The notes under the pieces: model-generated
Told to the model about the DNA's origin: nothing
Seen by the model: only the letters and a program-made list of their open reading frames with translations
Database searches by the model: none
Shown: positions 29,731 to 39,723 of the stretch, in pieces
Numbering within the stretch: the stretch's first letter is position 1
Layout: every line of letters starts with the position of its first letter
Assembly: GCA_038915815.1 (NCBI GenBank)
Contig: JBCLCL010000005.1
Coordinates: 3,955 to 67,954, forward strand
From: Candidatus Limnocylindrales bacterium
GTDB lineage: Bacteria; Chloroflexota; Limnocylindria; Limnocylindrales; CSP1-4
Length of the DNA: 64,000 bases
Reading direction: 5' to 3'
Made by a program: the position numbers and the translations under genes

Positions 29731-30720
29731 ATGAGCGTGCTTCGCTGGGGGATCATGTCCACGGCCAACATCGCGACCGAGAAGGTCATCCCCGGGATGC
29801 AGAAGGCCGACCGCTGCACCGTGGCGGCGATCGCGTCCCGTGACCCTGCACAGGCGCGACGAGTTGCCGACCGCCTGGGGATCGAGCGGGCGCACGGCTC
29901 ATACGAGGCGCTCCTCGCCGACCCGGACGTCGATGCGGTCTACATCCCGCTGCCGAACCACCTTCACCCCGAGTGGACGATCGCCGCCGCCCGGGCCGGC
30001 AAGCACGTCCTGTGCGAGAAGCCACTGGCCATGACCGCCGCCGCGGCCGAGCGGATGATCGAGGTCTGCGAGGCGGAGGGGGTCCGCCTGATGGAGGCGT
30101 TCATGTACCGCCTTCACCCGTCATGGGTCGCCGTTCGCGAACTCGTGGCAGCTGGGCGGATCGGACGGCTCAGCGCCGTGGACAGCTGGTTCTCCTACTT
30201 CAACGACGACGCCACGAACATCCGGAACATCCGCGCCGTCGGCGGCGGCGCCCTCTACGACATCGGCTGCTACTCGGTGAACCTGTCGCGGATGCTGTTC
30301 GCCGGCGAGCCGACCCGGGTCCAGGCCTCGATCACCCGTGATCCGGCCAGTGGGGTGGACGTGCTGACCAGCGCGATCCTCGAGTTCGCTGCCGGCGTCG
30401 CGACCTTCACCTGTTCGACCCGGATGGAAGACGACCAGCGGGTCGACATCTACGGGTCGGAGGGGCGGATCTCGATCGGGATCCCGTTCAACATCCCGCC
30501 CGACCGCCCGACCCACGTCTCCATCGTGGCTGGCGGCGACCCGCCGGTCGCCCCTCGGATCGAGACCCTTACCTTCGAGACGGCCGATCCGTACACCGTC
30601 GAGGCAGAGAAGTTCGCGGCCGCGGTGCTTGACGGGACGCCGACGCCGGTCCCTCCGGAAGATGCGGTGGCGAACCTGCGGGTCATCGAACGGATCTTCG
30701 CGGCCGCCGAGGGCCGCTGA
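29731..30720 (+). CDS. Gfo/Idh/MocA-family NAD(P)-dependent oxidoreductase (dihydrodiol / D-xylose dehydrogenase-like)
   Basis: LRWGIMSTANIATEKVIPGM..AIASRD..YEALLADPDVDAVYIPLPNHLHPEWTIAAARAGKHVLCEKPLA. Confidence 0.85.
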   Translation: MSVLRWGIMSTANIATEKVIPGMQKADRCTVAAIASRDPAQARRVADRLGIERAHGSYEALLADPDVDAVYIPLPNHLHPEWTIAAARAGKHVLCEKPLAMTAAAAERMIEVCEAEGVRLMEAFMYRLHPSWVAVRELVAAGRIGRLSAVDSWFSYFNDDATNIRNIRAVGGGALYDIGCYSVNLSRMLFAGEPTRVQASITRDPASGVDVLTSAILEFAAGVATFTCSTRMEDDQRVDIYGSEGRISIGIPFNIPPDRPTHVSIVAGGDPPVAPRIETLTFETADPYTVEAEKFAAAVLDGTPTPVPPEDAVANLRVIERIFAAAEGR

Positions 30721-32631
30721 TCAGGGTCGCGCCGACCCGTCGAAGTAGCGGAGCGCCAGGGCCATCGCGTCCTTGCCGCAGATCGAGCCGATCTTGCGGC
30801 CTTCGAGGTCGTCGCTCTGGATGTGGATGCCCATGAACAGCCGTGAGATGCCGGCCAGGTCGGCCGCGTCCTGGTAGGTCGCCCACCCGATCGTCACGTC
30901 CTGGGTCGGACCTTCCTCGTGGAGCAGGTCGCCACGTTTGGTGGTCCATGACGCGATCCCGCCGGGGAAGTACGGATCACCGGTGAAGGCCGTCATGACC
31001 TCCGCCGCAGCTCGGCTGAACGTGCTGTGGCCGGACGGGTAGCCGGCAAAGGCCGGGGTCACGAAGGTCGAGCGCTGGTACGGGACCCAATCGACCGCGC
31101 GGATCCAGCCGACGCCGCTGGTCTGCGTCTTGGGGTCCTTCGGGAACCCGCGCCAGGTTTGCAGCGCGATCTCGCCCACGTGGTCCGCGAGGCTGGCGTG
31201 GCGCTGGCCCGGCGCGCTGGACTCGGGGGTGACGACCTCGATGAGTCCGTCGACTAGCGGGAGGCCCTCCGGGTCATAGGCCGGGCCGCCCGGATCGCTC
31301 GACTGCCCCTTGCCACCCATGTAGCGGATCATCGAGATCGGCCGCACCGAGTCGTAGAAGCCCTTCACACCCCACGTTGCGATCGCCGCATCGTGGACCG
31401 CCCCGTTGAGCGCCAGGTAGAGCTTGACGTCCCACTGCAGGCGATCGAGCGCCGGTCCGTCGCCGCCGATCCGGAACTCGAAGCCCGGGGCATCGGAGAC
31501 CTGGTTGGCGATGACGTTCCAGTGGCCGGGCGGGGTCTCCGACTTGGGCCCATCGGCCCAGTACTCGGCAAGGGCGCGGGCGAAGTCGGCCCGCAGCATG
31601 ACGTTGGGCGCGTAGGGCTGGCCGGTCACGGGGTTCAGGTCGTGGCCGTCACCGTCGTTGGTGCCCAGCGAGTTGTCCCCGAAGGCGCCGGGGCTGACGT
31701 CGATGGTCACGCCATCGGTCGGATCGAGCTCGCCGCTCCGGCGGATGACCTCGACCGCCTGATCCTTGAACGCCTGGTCGGTCGCCGGGTCGCCGAGTAG
31801 CGGCGGCTGGCCCGGGTCGATGGGCGTGCCCGTCTCGGAGGCCGGGAGCGCGAACGAGGTGACGTGGCCCCAGTACGGCCCGATGAACGACTGCACCGAC
31901 CCCGGGATGGGCAGGCTGTTCTGCGAGACCTGCTTGGCAAGCGAGAGGGGCTGCCAGCGGTTGGGGTCGCGCATGACCGTCCCCGGTTCGGCGACCTCCA
32001 GCGGGTCGTTCACCGGGGTGTATCCAGGGTCCTTGTAGCGCTCCTCCTCGTGGGCGCCGTCCGTCTGGCCGTACTCCACGACCGCCGCCGCGATCCGGTT
32101 CCCGAGGGCGGCCGGTGAATCACCTTCGATCGTGGCGACGTCCGTCCGGTAGCAGAGCGAACGCATCGTCGCGTCGAGCTGCTCGCTCGCCGTGGCCAGG
32201 TCGGAGACCGTCCCGTATCGCCAGAGGAGGACCCGGTAGGCCGCGTAGCTGATGGCGGCCTCTCGCGCGGCCGTCACATCCCCGGCAGTCTGCTTCTCCC
32301 TGATGAAGTAGCCGTCCGCCCCCGCGTCGTAGGCAGCCCAGGCGTCCCACATCGTGGCCGAGAGGTGGAACAGGTTCCGGGCGTGGACCGTTGGCGCCGG
32401 AACCACCTGGCGGATGAGCTCGAGCAGCTGGTCGTCCCAGACGCGGGCCACGGAACGACCGGCGAGATCGGCGCGGATGCACGCCTCCACGACGTACGGC
32501 GGGTTGGTCGCGCACCCGGCCGCCACGCTGGCGACCGTGAGCAGTGCGCCCAGCAAGGCCGCGGCTCCCAGCCGACGCAAGGGCGTGCGCGCCGGCCGCG
32601 GGTCGGATGCTGACGAAGTGCCCCGGACCAT
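30721..32631 (-). CDS. Secreted lipoprotein with a PAP2 / vanadium-dependent haloperoxidase-like C-terminal domain
   Basis: ATG at 32631: MVRGTSS..LLGALLTVASVAAGCATNPPY (lipobox). C-terminal FAGYPSGHSTFSRAAAEVMTAFTG..ISRLFMGIHIQSDD matches the acid-phosphatase/VHPO motif set. Confidence 0.75.
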   Translation of the reverse strand: MVRGTSSASDPRPARTPLRRLGAAALLGALLTVASVAAGCATNPPYVVEACIRADLAGRSVARVWDDQLLELIRQVVPAPTVHARNLFHLSATMWDAWAAYDAGADGYFIREKQTAGDVTAAREAAISYAAYRVLLWRYGTVSDLATASEQLDATMRSLCYRTDVATIEGDSPAALGNRIAAAVVEYGQTDGAHEEERYKDPGYTPVNDPLEVAEPGTVMRDPNRWQPLSLAKQVSQNSLPIPGSVQSFIGPYWGHVTSFALPASETGTPIDPGQPPLLGDPATDQAFKDQAVEVIRRSGELDPTDGVTIDVSPGAFGDNSLGTNDGDGHDLNPVTGQPYAPNVMLRADFARALAEYWADGPKSETPPGHWNVIANQVSDAPGFEFRIGGDGPALDRLQWDVKLYLALNGAVHDAAIATWGVKGFYDSVRPISMIRYMGGKGQSSDPGGPAYDPEGLPLVDGLIEVVTPESSAPGQRHASLADHVGEIALQTWRGFPKDPKTQTSGVGWIRAVDWVPYQRSTFVTPAFAGYPSGHSTFSRAAAEVMTAFTGDPYFPGGIASWTTKRGDLLHEEGPTQDVTIGWATYQDAADLAGISRLFMGIHIQSDDLEGRKIGSICGKDAMALALRYFDGSARP

Positions 32632-33046
32632 CGCCCGGAGGATGCGTGGGCGGGCCTCCCAAGTCAAACCGCGCGCACCCGGGGCGGTCCCACGGGCGCT
32701 CGACACGCCACGGAGGCGGATGCCTCGACGGCCCCCCCCGCTTCGCGTCAGATGTGCAGCGTTCGCGCTCAAGGTGTGCTCCGGCAACGCCGAACCAGGT
32801 CAAGCGGCGGGCGCCACGCTGGACCGGCGGGGCGGGCCGTGGCACATGTGCAGGCGGGGCACCTCTGGCAACGCCCGAAGGGATACTGGACTCCCAAGGC
32901 GAGGGTGGGGCAACATCTGGCAGCCCTCGGGCAACATCGCGTGGCCGGCAGCCCTCGCGGGGAAAGACCGAGTGGCGGGTGGATGCCCCATCGAGCAGGC
33001 AGCGACGGGTGGTGTGCTTCAATACCGCCCTTGGCCGCAGGCGCTC

Positions 33047-34810
33047 GTGGCGCCCCGGGGAGATACGACCGTTCGCGAAACGAGCCCTGCACCCATTGAC
33101 GCCGCGGCCCCGGAGGGCCGATGCCGCGCGTCCCGCTCCCCGCGCGCATCTTGGCTGGTCGCGGTCATCGCGGTCATCGCGGTCGTCGTCATCGTCGTCA
33201 TCGCTGCGGCCGTCATCGGTGGTGGTGTCGGGGCGCCAGCTTCGCCTCCCGTCGCCATGGACCCTCCGCGGTTCGTCGAGGAGGCCGCGGCCGCCGGGAT
33301 CGACCACGTCTATGGCGGCGAGCCCACCTTCTTCGTGGGTGGCGGCGTGGCGGCCTTCGACTGCGACGACGACGGGAGGCCGGACCTCTACCTCGCCGGT
33401 GGCGCCGAGCCCGCCGCCCTCTACCGGAACCGGAGTCCGGCCGGCGGCGCCCTCCGCTTCGAACGGGCCCCCGACATTGCCGCCGATCTGACCTCGGTCA
33501 CGGGCGCCTACCCGATCGACATCGACGGCGACCGGGTCATCGATCTCGCTGTCCTGCGGGTCGGCGAGAACGTCCTGCTCCGTGGCCTCGGCGACTGCCG
33601 GTTCGAGCGGTCGAACGAGGCCTGGGGGTTCAGCGGGGGCGCCGAGTGGACCGTGGCGTTCAGCGCCACCTGGGAAGGGGCGAACGTCCTGCCGACGCTC
33701 GCCGTCGGCAACTACGCCGAACTCGACGCAACCGGCGAGATGACCGGCGCATGCTCGGACAGCGAGCTGGTCCGCCCGGACGCCGGGACCGGACGGTACG
33801 GTCCGGCCATCGCCCTCTCCCCGGGCTGGTGCACGCTTTCCGTGCTGTTCAGCGACTGGGATCGGGCGGGTCAGCGGGACTTGCGGATGACCAACGACCG
33901 TCACTACTATCGCGACGGCGAGGAACAGCTCTGGCGGGTCGTGGCCGGCGAGCCGCCGCGTCCATATACCCGCGACGACGGCTGGCCGAGCCTGAAGATC
34001 TGGGGGATGGGGATCGCCAGCCAGGACCTGACCGGCGACGGCCGCCCGGAGGTCTTCCTGACGAGCCAGGCGGACAACAAGCTCCAGACGCTCGTCGAGG
34101 GCGCGACCGGTCCGGACTACCGGGACATCGCGCTCCGACGCGGCGTCACGGCGCACCGTCCGTTCGCCGGCGACCTGACGATGCCCTCCACGGCCTGGCA
34201 CCCCGAGTTCGCGGACGTCAACAACGACGGCTTCATGGACCTGTTCATCTCCAAGGGCAACGTGGGGGCGATGCTGGACTTCGCCGCGAAGGATCCGAGC
34301 AACCTGCTGATCGGCCAGGCAGATGGCACGTTCACGGAGGGCGCCGAAGCGGCCGGCATCGTCAGCTTCGCCCGCGGTCGGGGTGCGGCCCTTGCCGACT
34401 TCAACCTGGATGGGATGCTCGACCTGGTCGAGGTGAACCGGAACGAGAACGTCAAGCTCTGGCGCAACGTCGGTTTCGGCGATGCTGCCCAGTCGGCGCC
34501 CATGGGCCACTGGCTCGCGCTCCAGCTCGACCAGGAGGGGCCCGATCCGGCCGGGGTCGGGTCATGGGTGGAGGTCCGGGTCGGGGACCGGATGGTCCAG
34601 CGAGAGGTCACCATCGGCGGCGGCCACGCCGGAGGGCAGCTCGGGTGGATCCACGCCGGACTCGGATACGCTGACCGGGCCGATGTCCGGGTGCAGTGGC
34701 CGGACGGCACGATCGGGCCATGGATCACGGTCGAGGCGAACCGGTTCGCCATCATCGAGCGAGGCGCGAGCGAGGCGCGACCGTGGACCCCGCCGCAGGA
34801 CGCGCCTTAG
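33047..34810 (+). CDS. CRTAC1-like FG-GAP/VCBS repeat protein with an ASPIC/UnbV C-terminal domain, N-terminally membrane-anchored
   Basis: TM segment [91 protein letters not shown]-terminal WLALQLDQEGPDPAGVGSWVEVRVGDRMVQREVTIGGGHAGGQLGWIHAGLG. The start (GTG 33047) is uncertain. Confidence 0.8.
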   Translation: MAPRGDTTVRETSPAPIDAAAPEGRCRASRSPRASWLVAVIAVIAVVVIVVIAAAVIGGGVGAPASPPVAMDPPRFVEEAAAAGIDHVYGGEPTFFVGGGVAAFDCDDDGRPDLYLAGGAEPAALYRNRSPAGGALRFERAPDIAADLTSVTGAYPIDIDGDRVIDLAVLRVGENVLLRGLGDCRFERSNEAWGFSGGAEWTVAFSATWEGANVLPTLAVGNYAELDATGEMTGACSDSELVRPDAGTGRYGPAIALSPGWCTLSVLFSDWDRAGQRDLRMTNDRHYYRDGEEQLWRVVAGEPPRPYTRDDGWPSLKIWGMGIASQDLTGDGRPEVFLTSQADNKLQTLVEGATGPDYRDIALRRGVTAHRPFAGDLTMPSTAWHPEFADVNNDGFMDLFISKGNVGAMLDFAAKDPSNLLIGQADGTFTEGAEAAGIVSFARGRGAALADFNLDGMLDLVEVNRNENVKLWRNVGFGDAAQSAPMGHWLALQLDQEGPDPAGVGSWVEVRVGDRMVQREVTIGGGHAGGQLGWIHAGLGYADRADVRVQWPDGTIGPWITVEANRFAIIERGASEARPWTPPQDAP

Positions 34811-34833
34811 GGCCGAGAGCAGGAGGACGGTGG

Positions 34834-36210
34834 ATGGCGAACGCACGACTGGCCGAGATCACCCTGCCCGACTTCGGGATGCCCGATGAGCGGCCGGAGA
34901 TCCCGGCCGAGCTCTACCCGGCCCGGATCGACGCCCTGCGCGCCCGCGCCGAGGCGCGCGGCTACGACCGGCTGGTGATCTACGCCGATCGGGAGCACAG
35001 CGCCAACCTCTCGTACCTGACCGGGTTCGACCCACGCTTCGAGGAAGCCGTGCTCGTCCTCGGGCTGAGCGGCGAGCCGGCGATCCTGGTCGGCAACGAG
35101 TGCTACGGCATGGCCGGCGCCGCGCCCGTGGCCATGCGGCGTCACCGCTTCCAGGACCTCAGCCTGCCGAGCCAGCCGCGGGACCGGTCCCGGCCGCTCG
35201 GCGAGATCCTGGCCGGCGAGGGGATCGGACCGGGCAGTCGGGTCGGGGCCATCGGCTGGAAGACCTACGCCAGCCGAGCGACGATGGAGGTCCCGTCTTA
35301 CATCGTGGACGAGCTGCGACGCCTCACCGGTCCGGGCGGCCTGGTCGAGAACGCCGTTGATCTCCTGATCGATCCTGCCGACGGACTGCGCGTCATCAAC
35401 GAGGTCGAGCAGCTCGCCGCCTTCGAGTTCGCCGCCTGCCAGACCTCGCAGGGCGTCCGCCAGCTGCTGGCGGGTCTCCGGCCGGGGATGCGCGAGTCGG
35501 AGGCGGTCGGCTTGCTCGGCTGGAACGGCTCGCCGCTCTCCTGCCACCTGATGCTGACCGCCGGTCCGAGGGCGTCGCTCGGGTTGCTCAGCCCGGGCGA
35601 CCGCCGGATCGAGCGGGGAGACCGGTTCACCGTCGCCTTCGGGATCTGGGGAGCGCTCAACTGTCGAGCCGGCTTCGTGCTGGAAGAAGCCGCCGAGCTG
35701 CCGTCCGGGATCGGCGACTACGTGGAGCGCCTGGTCGGTCCCTACTTCGCCGCGGTCGCGGAGTGGTACGAGGCCCTCCACGTCGGCCAGACCGGCGGCA
35801 CCCTCCAGGCGATCATCGACCGCCACCTGGGCGACCCGTTCTTCGGCATCTTCCTGAACGCCGGCCACCAGCTGCACCTCGACGAATGGGTCAACTCCCC
35901 GATCGGTCCCGGGTCCAGCGTGGAGCTCGCCTCGGGGATGGTGCTCCAGGTGGATATCATCCCGGCGACCGGGACCGACTACTTCACCACCAACATCGAG
36001 GACGGCGTGGCCCTGGCCGACCAGTCCCTGCGGGATGCCTTCGCCCGGCGCTATCCGGCCGCCTGGGAGCGGATCGGGGCGCGCCGCCGGTTCATGGGCG
36101 ACGTCCTCGGGATCCGGCTGCATCCTGACGTCCTTCCCTTCTCGAACCTCCCGGCCTACCTGCCGCCGTTCCTGCTGCGACCGGACCGCGCCATGACCGT
36201 GGCCGCCTGA
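34834..36210 (+). CDS. M24-family (creatinase / Xaa-Pro peptidase fold) protein
   Basis: The ATG at 34834 follows AGGAGGA. The N-terminal creatinase-like region YPARIDALRARAEARGYDRLVIYADREHSANLSYLTGFDPRFEEA is followed by a pita-bread-like C-terminal half. The metal ligands were not verified. Confidence 0.6.
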   Translation: MANARLAEITLPDFGMPDERPEIPAELYPARIDALRARAEARGYDRLVIYADREHSANLSYLTGFDPRFEEAVLVLGLSGEPAILVGNECYGMAGAAPVAMRRHRFQDLSLPSQPRDRSRPLGEILAGEGIGPGSRVGAIGWKTYASRATMEVPSYIVDELRRLTGPGGLVENAVDLLIDPADGLRVINEVEQLAAFEFAACQTSQGVRQLLAGLRPGMRESEAVGLLGWNGSPLSCHLMLTAGPRASLGLLSPGDRRIERGDRFTVAFGIWGALNCRAGFVLEEAAELPSGIGDYVERLVGPYFAAVAEWYEALHVGQTGGTLQAIIDRHLGDPFFGIFLNAGHQLHLDEWVNSPIGPGSSVELASGMVLQVDIIPATGTDYFTTNIEDGVALADQSLRDAFARRYPAAWERIGARRRFMGDVLGIRLHPDVLPFSNLPAYLPPFLLRPDRAMTVAA

Positions 36211-36211
36211 G

Positions 36212-36976
36212 ATGGACCTGGGGCTGGCGAACCGGCGCTTCCTGGTGGGTGGCGCGAGCCGTGGTCTCGGGGCGGCCGTCGCTAGGGCCCTGGTCGCCGA
36301 GGGTGCCCGAGTCGCCGGTGTCTCGCGCGACCCAGGTGCCACGCCAGGGGAGCAGCCGCCCGGGATCGTGCCGATCGCGGTCGACCTGTCCAGCCCGGAC
36401 GGCCCGAGCGCGGCGGTCCAGGCGGCCGTGGACGCCTTCGGTGGGTTGGACGGGCTGGTGATCAACAGCGGCGGCCCACCCGGCGGCACGTTCGAGTCGA
36501 TCGACGAGGCGGCCTGGGAGCAGGCCATCGCCGGCACCCTGCAGAGCACGATCCGGTTGATCCGCCACGCGCTTCCTCACCTTCGCGAGGGGCGCGATCC
36601 GTCGATCGTGATCGTCCTTTCGTCGTCGGTCCGGGAGCCGATCCCGGCCCTGATCACGTCCAACGTCCTGCGCCCGGGCCTGGTCGGGTTGATCAAGAGC
36701 CTGGTCAGCGAGATCGCCCCGATCCGGATCAACGGGGTGGCGCCGGGGCGGTTCGACACCGATCGGATCCGCAGCCTCGACGCCGCGCGAGCGACAGCGT
36801 CGGGCTCCACCATCGAGGAGATCCGGGCCCAGACGCGCGCCCGGATCCCGCTCGGCCGCTACGGCGACCCCGACGAACTCGGGCGCGTGGTCGCCTTCCT
36901 CCTGTCGCCGGCCGCGTCGTATCTCGACGGCGTCGTCGTGGCGGTCGATGGCGGGATGATCAAGAGCCTGCCGTGA
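36212..36976 (+). CDS. SDR-family oxidoreductase
   Basis: MDLGLANRRFLVGGASRGLGAAVARALVAEGARV..INSGGPP..; 254 aa. Confidence 0.85.
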   Translation: MDLGLANRRFLVGGASRGLGAAVARALVAEGARVAGVSRDPGATPGEQPPGIVPIAVDLSSPDGPSAAVQAAVDAFGGLDGLVINSGGPPGGTFESIDEAAWEQAIAGTLQSTIRLIRHALPHLREGRDPSIVIVLSSSVREPIPALITSNVLRPGLVGLIKSLVSEIAPIRINGVAPGRFDTDRIRSLDAARATASGSTIEEIRAQTRARIPLGRYGDPDELGRVVAFLLSPAASYLDGVVVAVDGGMIKSLP

Positions 36977-37851
36977 GCGGATCCGGGCTCATGCTCGAAG
37001 GCGTCTTCAGCGTCCTGCCGACCGCCTTCGGTGACGACGGCGCGCTGGATCTCGCCGGGACCGCGGCACTCGTCCGGGCGGCGCGTGATGCTCGGGTCGC
37101 GGGCGTCACCGCCCTAGGGGTGATGGGCGAGGCGGCCGAGCTGACCGACGATGAGCGGCGCGAGGTGATCGCCTGCGTGACGGCGGCGGCAGCGTCGCTC
37201 CCGGTGATCGTCGGCATCAGCGGCAGCACGGCCGGCGTGGTCGCGGAGCGGGCACGGGAGGCGGCCCAGTCGGGCGTGACCGGGGTCATGGTCGGCCCGT
37301 CCACCTCGCTCGGCCTCGACGAGGCCGTCGCCGCCGCGGCCGATGGCGATCTGCCGATCGTCATCCAGGACTACCCGGCCGGATCCGGGGTCACGATGAC
37401 CGCGGCCCGGATCGGAGCGGTTGCCGCAAGCCAGCACCTCGTCGTCGGGGTGAAGGCGGAGGCTCCGCCGACCAGCGGCTCGATCGCGGCCCTGCGGGCA
37501 TCGAACCCCGGCCTGGGCCTGGTCGGCGGGCTGGGCGGCCTCTTCCTGATCGATGAACTGCGGGCCGGGGCGAGCGGGATCATGACCGGGTTCGCCCTGC
37601 CCGAGCGGCTCGTCTCGATCGTCGAGTCCTACCGAAACGACCCGGAAGCCGCCACCCGCGACTGGGAGCGGCTCCTGCCGCTGATGCGCCTCGAAGCGTT
37701 CCAGCCGTTCAGCCTGGCCGCCCGCAAGGAGGTCTGGCGGTTGCGCGGCGTGATCGAGTCGTCCCATTGCCGGCGGCCCGGTGCCCGACTCGACGACCGG
37801 GCGCGAGACGACGTCCGCCGCGCCCTGGAGCGCACGATCGGGTCAGCCTGA
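36973..37851 (+). CDS. Dihydrodipicolinate synthase (DapA)-family class I aldolase/lyase
   Basis: GVFSVLPTAFGDDGALDLAGTAALV..GVTALGVMGEAAELTDDERREVI..VIVGISG..VVGVKAE (Schiff-base lysine context). 4-nt overlap with the SDR gene. Confidence 0.8.
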   Translation: MSGSGLMLEGVFSVLPTAFGDDGALDLAGTAALVRAARDARVAGVTALGVMGEAAELTDDERREVIACVTAAAASLPVIVGISGSTAGVVAERAREAAQSGVTGVMVGPSTSLGLDEAVAAAADGDLPIVIQDYPAGSGVTMTAARIGAVAASQHLVVGVKAEAPPTSGSIAALRASNPGLGLVGGLGGLFLIDELRAGASGIMTGFALPERLVSIVESYRNDPEAATRDWERLLPLMRLEAFQPFSLAARKEVWRLRGVIESSHCRRPGARLDDRARDDVRRALERTIGSA

Positions 37852-37852
37852 C

Positions 37853-38662
37853 TCAGCCGGTGATCTCCGCCCGTTCGGTGAAGAGCGCCGCGACGACGAG
37901 CGATCCGATCAGCCAGGCGGTCACGACCAGCAAGGCCGTATTCGGCTCCAGGCGCATGACCAGCTGGCCACCCCCGCCGAAGCCCTCGCCGGAGACCGCC
38001 ACGACGGCGCTCGCGGCGTCGAATGGCAGGTACTTCACCACGTCGGGCAGGAAGATCGAGGCGAATTGCTCGGCGAAGTAGAGGGCGATCCCGGCACCGA
38101 TCCCGGCAAGCTGGCTGCGCGCCAGCGTGGCGATGGCAAAGCCGATGGCGCCTTCCTCGACGACCGCGAGCCACGCCCGTCCGAGCAGCTCGGGAAGGTT
38201 CGCCAGCGCGGCCGAGTCGCCAACGCCCGTCGTCGGGACCCCGGCCAGGAGTGCCCCGACGACCGCCAGGCCCACACCGGCCGCGAACGAGACGAGCAGG
38301 CCGACCCCGATCAGCAGGGCGATCACGGCGAACAGCGAGAGCTGATAGCGGCTCCGGCTCTCGCCACGCGCGACCGCGGACTTGAGCGTGCCCCAGGTCC
38401 ACTCCGAGCCGGCGATCGCCGCCCCGTAGATGACCGCGAAGAGACCGCCGAGACCGAGCAGGAAGGAGATGATCAGGGTGTAGGCGCCCGGGAAGGTGAC
38501 GAGCAGGAGGGCCGCCCGGCCACCCTCGGCGGCCGATGCCTGGCGGGCTGTCGCCCCGATGGCGAGGAAGATCAGGGCCAGCAGACCGATCAGCAGCCCG
38601 AGGCTGATGAACGAGGCCGGCCGACGGATCAACTTGCGGAGCGCGGCCACGGACAGCCTCAC
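37853..38662 (-). CDS. ABC-2-type transporter permease
   Basis: 269-aa polytopic ORF with a 4-nt overlap with the upstream ATPase gene. Confidence 0.75.
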   Translation of the reverse strand: MRLSVAALRKLIRRPASFISLGLLIGLLALIFLAIGATARQASAAEGGRAALLLVTFPGAYTLIISFLLGLGGLFAVIYGAAIAGSEWTWGTLKSAVARGESRSRYQLSLFAVIALLIGVGLLVSFAAGVGLAVVGALLAGVPTTGVGDSAALANLPELLGRAWLAVVEEGAIGFAIATLARSQLAGIGAGIALYFAEQFASIFLPDVVKYLPFDAASAVVAVSGEGFGGGGQLVMRLEPNTALLVVTAWLIGSLVVAALFTERAEITG

Positions 38663-39696
38663 GCCGGGCCTCCCCCGTCCTGCCAGGTCGTGGGACCGGC
38701 CGCCTCGGGTGGCACGGTCGCGCCAGCCATCCCGAAGAAGGTCCCCTCGCCACCCGGCTCCTGCGGTCCGCCTGTCAGCGACAGGAAGAGCGACTCCAGG
38801 TCGCTGCCGCTCTCGAGTCCCGACGCGAAGATGCCGGCGCTCGCCAGCGCCCGGTTGATCTCCGCGGCACGGTCTGGTTCCACCCGGACGGAGAGCCAGC
38901 CGTCGGCGCCGGAGACCCGGGAGACGCCCTCCTCCGGCGCGAGCCGGGCAAGGACGGCCGTCGCCGCGTCGAGTTCGGCCGGAGCGACCCGAACCCGCAC
39001 GACGCTCTCGCCGAGCAGCAGTTGCTCCATCGGACCCTCGTGGACCAGCCGGCCCGAGGCGATGATCCCGACGACGTCGGCAAGCTGCTGGACCTCGCCG
39101 AGGATGTGGCTCGAGATGAAGACCGTCTTCCCGCTCGAGGCGAGGTGGCGCAGGGTCGCCCGCATCGCGACGATCCCGGCCGGATCCAGACCGTTGGCCG
39201 GTTCGTCGAGCAGGAGCAGGCGCGGGTCGCTGAGCAGCGCGGCGGCGATGCCCAGCCGTTGCTTCATGCCCAGCGAATAGCCCTGGACCTTGTCGCCCGC
39301 TCGCTCGCGCAGGCCGACCAGTTCGAGCAGCTCCTCGACCCGGCCGACCGGGGTCGGCGCCCCGGTGGCGGCCAGGGCGCGCAGGTTCTCCCGGCCGGAC
39401 AGGTAGGGGTAGAAGGAGGGCGATTCGATCAGGGCGCCGACCTCGAACATCCGCCGACGATCGCGCCGCCCGAAGGGCCGGCCGAGGACCTCGATCGTGC
39501 CCGCGTCGGGCGTGATCAGGCCCGTCAGCAGCCGCATCGTGGTGGTCTTGCCGGCACCGTTCGGGCCGAGGAAGCCGTAGACGACGCCGGAGGGCACGGA
39601 CAGGTCGAGCCCGGCCAGGGCGACCCTCGAGCCGTAGCTCTTCTGGAGCCCCCTGGTGGTCAGCGCGAAGCCGTCGGTCGGGTCCGGGTGGGTCAC
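38659..39696 (-). CDS. ABC transporter ATP-binding protein (ABC-2 exporter type) with a C-terminal extension
   Basis: [19 protein letters not shown] (Walker A), YSLGMKQRLGIAAAL (signature), LLLLDEPANGLDP (Walker B). Confidence 0.9.
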   Translation of the reverse strand: MTHPDPTDGFALTTRGLQKSYGSRVALAGLDLSVPSGVVYGFLGPNGAGKTTTMRLLTGLITPDAGTIEVLGRPFGRRDRRRMFEVGALIESPSFYPYLSGRENLRALAATGAPTPVGRVEELLELVGLRERAGDKVQGYSLGMKQRLGIAAALLSDPRLLLLDEPANGLDPAGIVAMRATLRHLASSGKTVFISSHILGEVQQLADVVGIIASGRLVHEGPMEQLLLGESVVRVRVAPAELDAATAVLARLAPEEGVSRVSGADGWLSVRVEPDRAAEINRALASAGIFASGLESGSDLESLFLSLTGGPQEPGGEGTFFGMAGATVPPEAAGPTTWQDGGGPA

Positions 39697-39723
39697 GGGC
39701 GGAGTCTACGGCCTCAGCGGCCG

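Noticed and set aside
32905-32925. Sigma-54-like promoter TGGCAG-N5-GGGCA in the 32.6-33.0 kb intergenic region
   Set aside because: GG-N10-GC spacing is present, but the -12 TTGC is degenerate, no enhancer-binding protein is encoded nearby, and the apparent lineage often lacks rpoN.
33160-33230. Near-tandem GTCATCGCG / GTCGTC repeats
   Set aside because: They simply encode the Val/Ile/Ala-rich transmembrane anchor of the FG-GAP protein and are not an independent repeat element.
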